Program-made: the position numbers and the translations under genes
The notes under the pieces: model-generated
Database searches by the model: none
What the model saw: the letters and a program-made list of their open reading frames with translations, nothing else
What the model was told of the DNA's origin: nothing
Shown: positions 1-11,500 of the stretch, piece by piece
Layout: each line of letters starts with the position of its first letter
How positions within the stretch are numbered: the first letter of the stretch is position 1
Assembly: GCF_002113885.1 (NCBI RefSeq)
Contig: NW_018407568.1
Location: forward strand, 28,278 to 92,277
DNA from: Mizuhopecten yessoensis
Lineage: Eukaryota
DNA: 64,000 nt
Reading direction: 5' to 3'

Positions 1-348
1 TTTTTGTAACATGTTGTAGATATTTTATAATAAATAAAATATTTGTAGGGTTGATTAGCAATGTTTCTTTTCATTATTTTATTGTTGTTATAGTTTTGAA
101 CAATGCCACACGCTCAAAAAATGTAAAAGTGTTGAATTTGACAAAAAATCAATATTTCGGTATTTTTTACAAAAAAAATCCCCAGTTTATCGGAATGCTT
201 AGATTTTCATAAAATCATCTCTACATAGTGACATAACCATTATGTGAAACTTTCATCGAATTCTGCTGGCTAATTACGAAAGGGTGGAGCCTCCTTAATT
301 ATTTCACGTTACTCGTTAGCGCTTTACCAATTTACATCCGGTTGAGTG

Positions 349-480
349 GTCGTCATAGGTAACGATAAGGTGGATGTCATCCGGTCCTTCATTGGACAAG
401 CTCGCGCCATTCAACCAATGAAATAGCTCGCTACATATACCATGTTTGTCTTGTTTAGATAGCAACCAACTGATGGTAAC
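349..480 (+). promoter_or_regulatory. Putative TEKT2 promoter with RFX X-box-like motifs and CCAAT boxes
   Basis: GTCGTC-ATA-GGTAAC (349-363) and GTTTAG-AT-AGCAAC (453-466) resemble the X-box consensus, and there is a half-site GGTAAC at 475-480. CCAAT/ATTGG occurs near 327, 391 and 415. These lie just upstream of a strong donor AAG|GTAAGT at 538/539. RFX control of motile-cilia genes is established. Confidence 0.55.
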
Positions 481-538
481 CCAAGTGAACGACCACAGGT
501 AAAAAGGCAAAGCGAACATCAATAAAGCTTTGCTTAAG
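481..538 (+). other. TEKT2: Probable non-coding first exon (5' UTR) of TEKT2; start position approximate
   Basis: Donor AAG|GTAAGT at 538/539; matching acceptor ttattcag| at 1758, 8 nt before the ATG at 1767. Confidence 0.55.
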
Positions 539-1766
539 GTAAGTTTCTATTTTCCTATACGATTTTTTGTTGTAAATAAGAAACATGACTTGTCATTAAA
601 TGAAATAGCGGAGTATCTATCCATAATTTCGCGATGTGAAGCGACGATACTGTCCATTTTTTGGTAGACCTTGACTGTCTGCAACTTAGTCATGTGTTTA
701 CTTTTAAGCACCTTGTACACAGTGGTAACACTTTAACATATTACTGCCCGAAGTAACAAGATCCATTACCATAATGATGAACCGCCTTCCTATATATGTA
801 TACTTGGTCGTTAGCTAGGAAGTTATATATATCATATCATATCAAAGAATATTCGTGTATATTTTTTAATTGATTTTGTTTCAATTTTGTGAATTTCTGA
901 GTACGGTAAAGTTATATGACAATCCATAAAAGAAAATTAAACGTTTATGTACGGCCGGTGCTATATGGTTCTAAGACTTTACATTGAAACATTTTTTTCC
1001 ACACGTTTTTATGTTTCAACACCTTTTCTCAACATGTAATTGTGAAGTTTCTTATAACATTGATCTAGGATAATGTTATTCACTGGAAATTCGAATGTAT
1101 TTACGAAAGGGACCCCAAATCGGAACACTTTTAATAGAAAAACATCAATATTTCCTATCTAGTTTCTGCAACACCAGTTTTGTTTACTATAATATGAAGT
1201 ACACTGTAAGTGTAATAGGACAGGTGCCTTTAGCTTTGTTTTTATCTATTTCTTAGGCATCACAAGCACATGTTTCTATTGGTTCAACTCATCTTGTAAG
1301 GTACCCAACCCAAAATAGAACACCTCATAATTTAATTCAGTCTATGAAAAGAAAATTGACAGCATAAGCCATTTCAAATATTTTTCAAGAGAGTTCCGAC
1401 ACTTTCTGATAAATTTTAGTTATTAAATTTGAATAAAAAAATCTATGATTAGAAATGTGATAGGATATATCGATGTTGTTGCTCCATACCTTTTCCTGGA
1501 ATCTTTTTTAATTCATTTTATTTCATTTTTCAATTGAGTTTATTAGCAAAATACAAGTAGTTAGGCAGACAAAACCTGCTCCAATTGCTCAAAACTATAT
1601 GAATTTTGATTAAGACTACATAATACCATTCATTTTTATTGCTAAATAAATATGCTGCATCATCTATATTAAAAGTGTCCCATTTTGGATACCCTTCCAT
1701 TTATGGATCTGAAGTCTGTCATTCAAACATTTATATAGTTTTTCTTCTTATTATTCAGGTCGAATC

Positions 1767-2180
1767 ATGGCAACTCAACTAAGACCGATTGCCCGGCACC
1801 AGGTTCCAGACTGGTTTACAAATAGCCACACAATTTCCACAAATGCGGAAAGACAAAGAGATGCTTCTCACCAGGTTCGACAAGAAAGTCGGTTTTTACG
1901 AAATGAAACTGACAACCAAACAAAGTGGGATCAGCATGCAAACAACACCCGGTTAGGTGACCGTATCGATGATATCAGGAAATGGAAGGAGATTTTAGAA
2001 AGGACACTAGCTGAATTAGATAAAGAAATTGGAGATCTGTCAGATGCTAAAGAAATGACAGAGCATGCACTTGAAGCTAAGAACCTTCCCTCAGATGTAG
2101 CTATTGAATGTCTTACTCTCAGAGAGGGAAGACAGGGCATTGATGTTGTTCAAGACGAGGCTGAAAATCAACTCCATAAG
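1767..2180 (+). CDS. TEKT2: TEKT2 coding exon 1
   Basis: MATQLRP...NQLHK, then donor GTGAGT. Confidence 0.95.
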
Positions 2181-5173
2181 GTGAGTCACGAACATAATTT
2201 GTAATGAGATCAATATATCACAAAAAAACACAACAGAAGATAAGAGGATTTGAAATATAATGAAATTATTTTTGGAATAGGTTACCTGATAATGTATTTA
2301 ACTTCCTACCGTTCCCTCAATCAAAACAGTGTCCTATAGGGTATTAGGATTTTAGCTGCAAATTTATAAGTACCAACCATGCATATTGCCATGAATATAT
2401 AGTCTTTGAGATTTTTTGCTGCAATAAATATGACTAAAGGTATTTCATTCACAAATTCATTTGTCTTCTAAATATTTATTTCAGTGTGGTATGATATACA
2501 TATCCTTAAAAAAAATTTTTTTTTTTACTAAGATTGGTTGACAAAAAAATGTACTTGTTTTCACTGTAAAATTTTACATCCATGCATGAACTGTTGAAAA
2601 AAGGACACATTATTACAATAAATATTTTTGAATTTCAGGAAGTTGAAGTCATTGATGGTATCAAGAAGGCTCTCCAACAGAAAGTTGGTGAAGGGTTTGA
2701 ACAACTATGTCTGCTCCAGGAAGCTAGACAACAGATTCAGGCAGATCTTCAGGACAAAAACCTCGCCCTTGGAATTGATGTTGATCAATACAACCTTACG
2801 GATAGGTCACCAAACATCAGCTTCAAACCTGATTCCCTCCGTGTGCCAAAGGGGTAAGATATTTCAGACAATTAGCACAGTTACTGAGATAGATGTTTTT
2901 CTCGGCAGTGTAATAGGACTTTCCTTTTGTACATACAAGTTACATAAGTGTAAAAGTTTATTAAAAAAAAGTTTTCCTGAAATTAGATGACGAGTTCATG
3001 TGTAAAGTCATTAATACCGATAGCTAGTCTGTATAAATCAATTCCCAATCTTCTGACCTACGATTCTCTACTGAAACAATAATTTAAACATTCAGTTTCC
3101 TAGCTAGTCTGTCTAGCAGTTTCTGTATATACATAAGTCGTTTGTTATTTTAAATACATTTTGTTTTGTATTGGGCTTTGTTTTTTCAAGCAAACACCCT
3201 TTTTGCATATAGTTAAACAGATATCAAGTTATCTGCTAAAGTGTTTTAGAGATGATCAGAAATATCAGAAATGAAAAATAAAATTTGTGTTTTTCACTTT
3301 TGACCAGGAGTACCACACCACAACAGTGGGAGGACTTTAGTCGCTACAACAAAGACCGCGCCGACGCCGAGATGAAGGCATCTACAAGACTAAGGGAGGC
3401 AATCCACCACACCCTGCAGCAGTGCGACAATGACCTTGAGGCCCAGAGACTCGCCACAGAGTATGCCTACAGGAAGCGTATCCACGAGTTTCAGAGGGCC
3501 AAGGATGAGCTGGAGTGGCAGAAGAAGAATGTAAGTTGATTAGACGTGCTTGTCCAGGGTACTGTGTGATTTATTGTGAAGTCAGGACAGGCATAGTTAC
3601 TGGCTGCTAGGGACTAGATTTTTAAACTAAAGCTTATATCTCATAAAATAATATTTAAAGACCTCTTGCATAATCTGACCTTAGATGCATCATCCACATA
3701 CAACCTACCCTCTTAACCACATAAAAAACAACCAATTTTGTGCATATAAATGTAATAATTAACGATAGCAATTCGCATTTCTCCTAAATAATACATATTT
3801 ATTTTGACACCTTAAAAGATCATTTACTTTTGTTGTGACTGATATAACTGGTACTGAAGAAGATTTGTAAATGACTTTGCCAATTATCTAATCCATTTGT
3901 ATACATATGTGTATAAGAAAATTTGTTGAAATGAACAATGACCAGAAAGAAGGTGGCATCATTAGGTCAGCCTCATATGTGTATACATGGAAAATGACAC
4001 TAAATATTTGTGTGATAACAATTTACCCCTTGATTACTTTACCTTTCAAAATTTTTGAGTATCTCTTTAACTATTTGAAGTTCAATTTTGTAAAAGTTGA
4101 TTGTTTTATCTGTTATTAGACTGAAGAGGAGATTGCCGAGCTCGAGAACGACATCCGTGGTATTGAGGAGAAGATCCGTGAGAAGAGGAACCCAATGAAG
4201 CTGGCTCAGACTCGTCTGGAAAACAGGACGTACCGCCCCAATGTTGAGCTGTGTCGCGATGCTCCTCAATACGGACTTACTGATGAGGTGAAACAGCTGG
4301 AAGCAACAAAACGTGCCCTGGAGGAGAAACTCAAACAGGCCAAGTAAGTACTGTTACACTATGTAGCTGTTGATTCTATATAAACATTACCAAAGTACAT
4401 ATATTTATTTATTGTTGCTGTCCATAGTTACCAAATAATTAAAATAATTTTCAAACTGTTTTATTTTGCTTTTATATCAAATACAACCAAAGGAAATAAT
4501 GTACATACACAAATGTCAATACATTGATTTTTCAGAATATTTCATGTCTTACTATGGTAGTCAATGTGATTAGAAAAGTGCCGGTGTCGACCATTTATTA
4601 TTTCTCTGGTATGATAGGCAACAGGCAAATTTATTTCCTATTATGAAGCTCGAAATATACATCTGATAAACCAGGAGGCTGCGGTGGCCAATTGGTTAAG
4701 GCGTCTGACATTCTGCTACCACTCTGCCCTCCACCACTGGGTCATCTGTTCGAGACCTACGTGGGGCAGTCGCCAGGTACTGGCCATAGGTCGGTGGTTT
4801 TTCTCTGGGAACTCAGAACCTGGCACGTCCTTAAATGACCATAGCTGTTAATAGGACTTAAAACACAAACAAATAAACGGTCAAACCAAACTGTTAAACC
4901 AATGACATAGAACTAGCAACACTAATATACAGATCTTGTGATAAACTGATCAATATACAAATTTCTAATTATTTTTACAGACACGCTCTTGATGGTCTAG
5001 AAAACAACCTACACAGAATTAATGATGACCTTGCTCAGAAGATCAACTCTTTGAACCTTGATAACAGATGTATGGACGTGCGCAAGAAGCTTATGACCCG
5101 CCCTCCAACCGCCCTCGAGAGGAATTTGACGCTGACTGGAATCCAGCGAGAGAGATCACAGGTCCTTGCATAA
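1767..5173 (+). CDS. TEKT2: Tektin-2 (tektin-B1), 422 aa; join(1767..2180,2639..2853,3308..3530,4120..4343,4981..5173)
   Basis: All introns are GT-AG with consistent phases (0,2,0,2); total 1269 nt. The tektin signature RPNVELCRD sits in the context TRLENRTYRPNVELCRDAPQYGLTDEVKQLEAT, typical of TEKT2. Stop TAA at 5171-5173. Confidence 0.95.
2639..2853 (+). CDS. TEKT2: TEKT2 coding exon 2
   Basis: tttcag|EVEVIDG...RVPK(G)|gtaaga. Confidence 0.95.
3308..3530 (+). CDS. TEKT2: TEKT2 coding exon 3
   Basis: gaccag|(G)STTPQQWEDFS...WQKKN|gtaagt. Confidence 0.95.
4120..4343 (+). CDS. TEKT2: TEKT2 coding exon 4 (RPNVELCRD motif)
   Basis: tattag|TEEEIAELEND...LKQA(K)|gtaagt; not reported in this frame by the ORF track. 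Confidence 0.95.
4674..4878 (+). mobile_element. tRNA-derived SINE (V-domain-like), in TEKT2 intron 4
   Basis: A-box GGTGGCCAATTGGTTAAGGCG, B-box GTTCGAGACC, GGTTTTTCTCTGGGAACTC core and AAAC tail; second copy at 30312. Confidence 0.75.
4981..5173 (+). CDS. TEKT2: TEKT2 coding exon 5
   Basis: ttacag|(K)HALDGLENNLHRINDDLAQKINSLNLD...SQVLA*. Confidence 0.95.
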
Positions 5174-5738
5174 GAACTCAGTGCTCTATTTGAACTCATC
5201 AGTATTTGAACATTTCAAGAGGGGGAAATATTTTCGAAGATTTATACAAATTTGTTAACATTGTTATACATTTCTGGAAATGAAAACCAATGATGTCTTT
5301 CCTTAGGTTAAGCCTACTGTGATTTTATTTAAAGCTGAAGAATATACAAAAATCTAGCTGTTGCTACAAACACTTTGGAATTTTTATGATTTTTTTTTCT
5401 TTCTATATTTGATTTTAATTCTGCTGTATATTATTGTTTTTATCGGACGATGTATCATTTTTGGTATTCTGTGCCAGTTTTATCCTGTTTACATGGATAG
5501 AGGCAAACAACTTTGCCTTCGTGTCACACCTGTGCACCGAAATTCTGCTGTCAGATACAGTGGGTGTTGTCCTAGTTGTTCACCTGCTAGCTGTTGTGCT
5601 AAATGTTTTATTTGAAATACATATATTTAAATTACTTATACATCAATATTTCAGATTTATTTCATTTGTCGGATCATACACCAGTATAGATGTAATGCAT
5701 ATACCTTGTTCAGTGTATTCTCTGTACGGTATTATATG

Positions 5739-5744
5739 AATAAA
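5739..5744 (+). terminator. Candidate polyadenylation signal of TEKT2
   Basis: First AATAAA seen after the stop codon, followed by T-rich sequence. Confidence 0.55.
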
Positions 5745-6846
5745 ATGAAACTGAAGTTGGAGTTCTGCTTGAGATATGATTTTTTTCCACTTTGTCGCAC
5801 ATCACGAAGTGTTAATTTCACAAATTAAATGTAATGGGTCTCATGTTCTGATGAGGCAAATAAGAAAAGAATGATCTATAATAATGATGTTAACCAGTAC
5901 AAAAAAAAATATTAAAAAGAGAAATGCATTTTCAGTATAACACAAGTAATATATTGAATTAAAAATGTCAACCGATGCTCGAGTCCTTAGGTTTGGCTAA
6001 ATTGTATGAATGTGTAATTGTTTCTGTGGATGCTTGTTGTATGTGTTAACTTACGAGAGTTGGGCGAGGAACACATTTGTTTTGTCCTGTTTTTCGTGAT
6101 CATGCCAGCCCGATCTGCCAGGCTAATGTAACTGTTGCTACAATGTATCTCACGTTTGTGATCAATCTCACGGTCAATGTTACCATGCACTAGACTATTT
6201 ATCTGCACCAATCCACACCTATACCAAGCTTTTGTATTGTATCATACCTTGCACTAAAATTCATATTCATTTCAGTCTCATTCAATGTTTGAACGAATAC
6301 TTTTTCTAAAACATAAAAAAAAGGAAGAGGAAAACATTTTTTGCTTTAAGGAAAAACGTTACTTGACTTTTCAATTTTTCTTCACATGTCAGTAAAAAAA
6401 ATGCTTGTAAATCTATAGATCATTGACACGTTTAACAGCAAGCTATTGTCAGCAATACACTAAGTGCATTCTGCATAATACATTGGTATTCTAAGTTCTC
6501 CAAATTCTGCAATATTTAGGGTGTTATGGTTGAGGAGGTAGGGGTAGTATTGTTGGGATAATTCACCATTTACTGTATATTAAAGTTGTTAGTTTTTTAT
6601 ATATATCATCAATAAGACAATTCTGTTGACTTGGTTGCTTATCAATAAATATATGTGTGATTCTGTCAAATGTTGTTAGAAATTGTGATTTTTGTTGGAA
6701 AACAGGATTTTTGTTTAACAGTAAATTTACTAACATTGTTGCACAATGCATAAATATTAACAGTACCGGTACTTAATTTTCTTCGGGTGCAAAAACAGAC
6801 TGTATGCTATAGTTCTGCTTCTCATATAAATTACTTCTAGTTCATG

Positions 6847-7222
6847 TGTGGCAGATTTTAATTGTAAATAGGATAAGTCCCCTTCTAGCTTGGTACTAGA
6901 GGGAATTTCCCTTTAGCGCAGTGGTAGAGCGTCCCGATGTCTGGGGTCACAGGTTCGATCCCCGGTGTAAGCACACTACTCTCTTAACTGTTACAAATGG
7001 TGTCAATGGCCCTCCCTGTGGTGACTGGGAGTTTGAACCCAGGTTGTTGTGGTACTTGCAGGCAAACACATTTAAAAAGGGGGGAGTAGTGTGGCAGATT
7101 TTAATTATACATAGGATTAAGGTCGCACTAGAGGATATTTCACTTTAGCTCAGTGGTAGAGCGTCCCAATAGGAAGTCTGAGGTCGCAACCGTAATCATA
7201 TGTACAATTAAAATCTGCCACA
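6847..7222 (+). mobile_element. TRIM (miniature LTR retroelement) with tRNA-like LTRs; 3' LTR truncated by an inversion
   Basis: LTR 6847-6995 (TG...CA), PBS TGGTGTC at 6998, PPT AAAAAGGGGGGAG at about 7074-7086, second LTR from 7090, inverted LTR start ending at 7222. Confidence 0.8.
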
Positions 7223-8292
7223 GTATAGATATTTCATTTTACTTCCTGAAAAAAATATTTTAATAAACGAAAGATGAAATAAATCTTGAGGCATACTTAA
7301 TGTCATTACATAGATGTCTTATGATCTTTGCTCATCAAAGTAAAGTTGATTTGAGCAGTAAATCAATGTAGATATCCAACTCCAGCTAATTTGCCCCGAC
7401 ACTGATCTATCAACCATGACACTCCTGCACTGACCTGCCATAAAAGTTCAAAAAAGAAAAACCTAACCAATATATTTTGGTATTTTTATTCATATTTTGA
7501 TGATAGTTTTCATGAAAAATGATAGCATGATTTGTACACATCCATAACCTCAACTGACCTTACCAACCAAACTCACCTCATCCCTCACAATGTACGTGTA
7601 AAATGGAAACAAGTTCATTACACTCTGAATGACCTTATCAAAACAAAATTATGAATATCCCCATAACACGAGTTTTCTACATGTCCTCTTTGTTTTCCAG
7701 TAGTAAAGATGGAAATACGGTTCACTTCCAAAAGTGCCAACAAATACAGAAAACGATTCAATATCTCTTCAAACTCGTGATTTCCGACAATGAACAACAT
7801 CACTGGACAAAACACTTCTAAATTATCCACTTATTACCAATGAATTTACAACAGTAATAAAGTAATTAAAAAGAAAGCAATTTATCCTCGATAGAGAGAA
7901 TTGTAGCACTACTATTAACGCGTTTTCAATAATTTAGTGCAAAATCATTATTATACCAAACACAACAGTTCAGCATCCATTTAAAAGCACTACTGTAAGT
8001 TGACGTACTGTTACAACAAATTAATTCCGATGTCGGGGTATATTTTCGAGTTGCATCAAGCCTATTTAACGTGTATATTGTTCACTTAAACGTGCCACCA
8101 GATTACATAAACACACTTCACCTAGAAGTCCTGTCACAAGTCTTCATTCACATCGTTCATTCACAATACCCAATCATCATATCAAAAACTGTTGTTTTTT
8201 TTACATCAGAAGTTTGTGGGTTTACACATTCTCATCCTGATCCATGAAAGTCATGTCTGCTTGCATTAAGTCCCTTTGTGTAAGCCGACACT

Positions 8293-8543
8293 TCAGTACA
8301 TCGGAGGCCTATAGCTGCCTCCCCTGCCACCCCTCATGATGCGCGTGCCACGTGGTGTTGGTGCCCGAGGCCTGTTGTAACCTCTGTGTCCGCGGGGATG
8401 CTGCATAATTCCCCTCGTCTGTCCTGCCCCCCGTACACTGCCCCGCCCCCTAAGGTGCTGTACTGGCTGGGAGAGGGACACTGTGGTCTGGATCGGCATT
8501 CCCGTCTGCTCCCATATAATCGGCTGAATCTTTTTCGCTTTCC
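8293..8543 (-). CDS. TPR: TPR terminal coding exon (RG-rich tail)
   Basis: aacag|(G)KAKKIQPIIWEQ...RGGRGGSYRPPMY*. Confidence 0.85.
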
Positions 8544-11500
8544 CTGTTACAAACAAAATTTTGCAAGTCAACGCCATCATAGAACTCCACAGTTTTCTCC
8601 AAAACCACTTTTCATACTTCCAATGAAAATTCACATTTAATAATTTGATTTAGTACTACATTTCGTACTTTTTTAAGACTGAATGAGGCTGGCTAACATT
8701 AAAATGTTCACTTAGTTTGAGATCGACACATACAAGCTCAACTCCTGAAATTGTCATACATACATTTTTTTACTGAAGGAGTAACAGTATCTTTTTTAAA
8801 CAAAGTCAAAACCCATGATTTTTCAATCATAAGAAACACCTATAACCCTATTAAATGTTTCCTTATAATATCTATATTTTATTTCAATCTTCGTTGGATT
8901 TATCTAGACATGAATGTTACTTTTAAAACTTGTTAAAAAAATAACCAACCACCTTTCCCTTTAACCCAAGAAGTATTCAAATGACGTATCTATCTTTGAA
9001 CTTGACTTGGTAAACAGGGACCAAAACTTGGCCACAGCTCATTCAGAACAAGAACACACTGTTCCCCATGAATTTTGGGTTATATTTTATTTTTCAAAAT
9101 TCTGCACCCATAGGAACCTAGTTAATAGGACAGTCCTTGAAAAATGGGGCACAACTAATTTGGGAGTAAAAACAAATACTCAGTTGTAGGTTTTGGAGAA
9201 CATTGAAGGACATTAACTTAATTGGGACACCTGTTGTTGTGTGGAAAGCCTTAAACAGCACAGCATTAAATTGAGGTATATTTCAGATTGAGGTTGATGG
9301 TACTAATAAAGCCTGTGAGCTACAATTGATCTCCACAGAATTGTAACTTCAGCAACTGACTTTCATGGATGACTGCTTATGATCATGAGACCTTTAAGCG
9401 TGAATCTGCTTGAACATTCTTCATGTTCACATACCTGCATCAGATTTGTCTGCAGCTTGTCCGAAGGAGGATGACAGTGGGTCACTGCCCGCAGCTGAAG
9501 ATCCAGCTGTCCCAGACTCGCCCTCCTGTCCCCCGCTTGCCTCCGATTGCTCTGGTTTACCTAAAGAACAAGGGGAACAATCAGAGATTTTATAGAACAA
9601 GATTTTACACTGCCAGCGAATAACATTATCTGAGGTTAACAAAATGATGGTTTAGTTAGTTTCAATTCAGGATATGTTCTAGGATTTAACTTGAAGATCA
9701 CATTAGTAACTGAAAGATCATTTACATGCACCTACAACATCGTTGGTTAATNCGGACGACGGACGACGACGGACGAAAAGCGATTGGAATAGGTCACTTG
9801 AGCAAAGCTCAGGTGACCTAAAAAAATATCTTATTAACTCTACAAATTTGAATTGGAACAATGGCTATTAAAGAATACACAGAGGAGAGCAGTGAGGCCA
9901 TTTTTCGTGACCCTCATTAGTCACAATTATTTTTTCCTGTGTGCAATATACAAATGTAAAGAATTATTTTAATCCCCGCAATCCATATATTATAAGTACC
10001 TCTCTGCCATCCCCGCCCAGACCTTACTAAATAACATGTACTGTATAGTAAATCAGCTTTTGGAAATTTTATCCAGGCACTACTTCAGTTAAGTGATAAT
10101 AACTAATCCATCAGTTTGATATCCTACTACTCACAGACACAAAGCTGTAGACACAAAATAACTGTGGCAGTTTTAATTGTACATAGGATAACAGTCGCCT
10201 TCCAGCTTCAAGCTAGAGGGAATTTCCCTTAAGCTCAGTGGGAGAGTGTCTGACTAGGAGTCTGAGATCGTGGGTTCGATCCCCGGTGGAATCACACAAC
10301 TCTCTTTCCTGTAACAAACGGTGTCCGTGGCCCTCCCTGTAGTGACAGGGAGTTAGAACCTGGGCTGTGGTGTTCCAGGGCCAACACATTTAAAACAGGG
10401 AGAGTAGTGAGGCTGACTTTACTTGTACATAAACTTGTACATAAGATTATGGTCGCCTTTTGGCTTCGTGCTAGCCTAGATGGAATTTCCCTTTAGCTAA
10501 GTGGTAGAGTGTCCGCTAGGAAGTCTGGGATCTTGGGCTCGATCTGGAATTACACTACTCTCCTACCTGTTACATAACTAATGTTACCTGTTGATGTTGA
10601 AGGATCGTGGCCACTTTCTCCTACTGTGTCAGTTGTAAGGTTCTCCGGGCCACTGCAAAAATAACGAAGTAGTAATAACCACCCCAATGTTTAGGTTTGT
10701 GAGATCACTGGGTTAGAGATTATCTCACAGATCTACTGATTGAGACGGGACGGACATGGACAACACTATATGCCCCCCCCCCCCATTTTATTGCTGGGTA
10801 TAAAAACAGCTTACATTCCAATTAACACGCTTAAGTTGGAAGGTAAACAAATCATGAATTTAAGCGTGCTGCACACAATTTAATCCTTACAAAAAAATTC
10901 TGATTGAGACAATTAGCCCTGCCAAATTAAACAGCTATACAGTATATTAGTACTGTTCTTGTAGCAGGTCCTTAGCTACATATACATACCTGTCTGTTGT
11001 AAGGGAGTCGTCAACAACACTGACTGACGGAACAGGATCAAACGACTCTCCAGAAGTTGTCGCTAAAAATTAAAGAGTGACTTCTTTTTAACTTAATTTT
11101 AGTTAAATCAATGCTGATCATAAAATTCCTGAATTATTACAGTTAGTCTTATTAAAGAGACAGTTTTTAATCAAACATCATATTTTATTCATTTCTACAT
11201 TACACTGTCAACAATTTTAATGGAAGCAAAATATATAAGGCAAGATAAAAGGTTAGAAATTTTACACATATCCAGTTCATCCTACAGTTTTAGTTTGACA
11301 CCTATAAGTCAAGCAAGAGTTTTATCAAACAGAGAAAAGATCCCAACTTTTGTTTTTTTTCAAACCTGAATTGGGGAATAAAAAAAGTTATCACCCCGAC
11401 TGTACATGTGTAGAAAGAGATATGTTAAACTGAAAGTAAAATTGTTAAGGTCCAGAATAAGACTGCCAAGTTCTGAACATCAGAAATATTCTCTTAGAGA

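Noticed and set aside
6912-6970. Functional tRNA gene (also 10230-10290, 4680-4760, 30318-30400, 32476-32540)
   Set aside because: Only A/B boxes are recognisable; no complete cloverleaf could be drawn, and all lie inside TRIM/SINE-type repeats.
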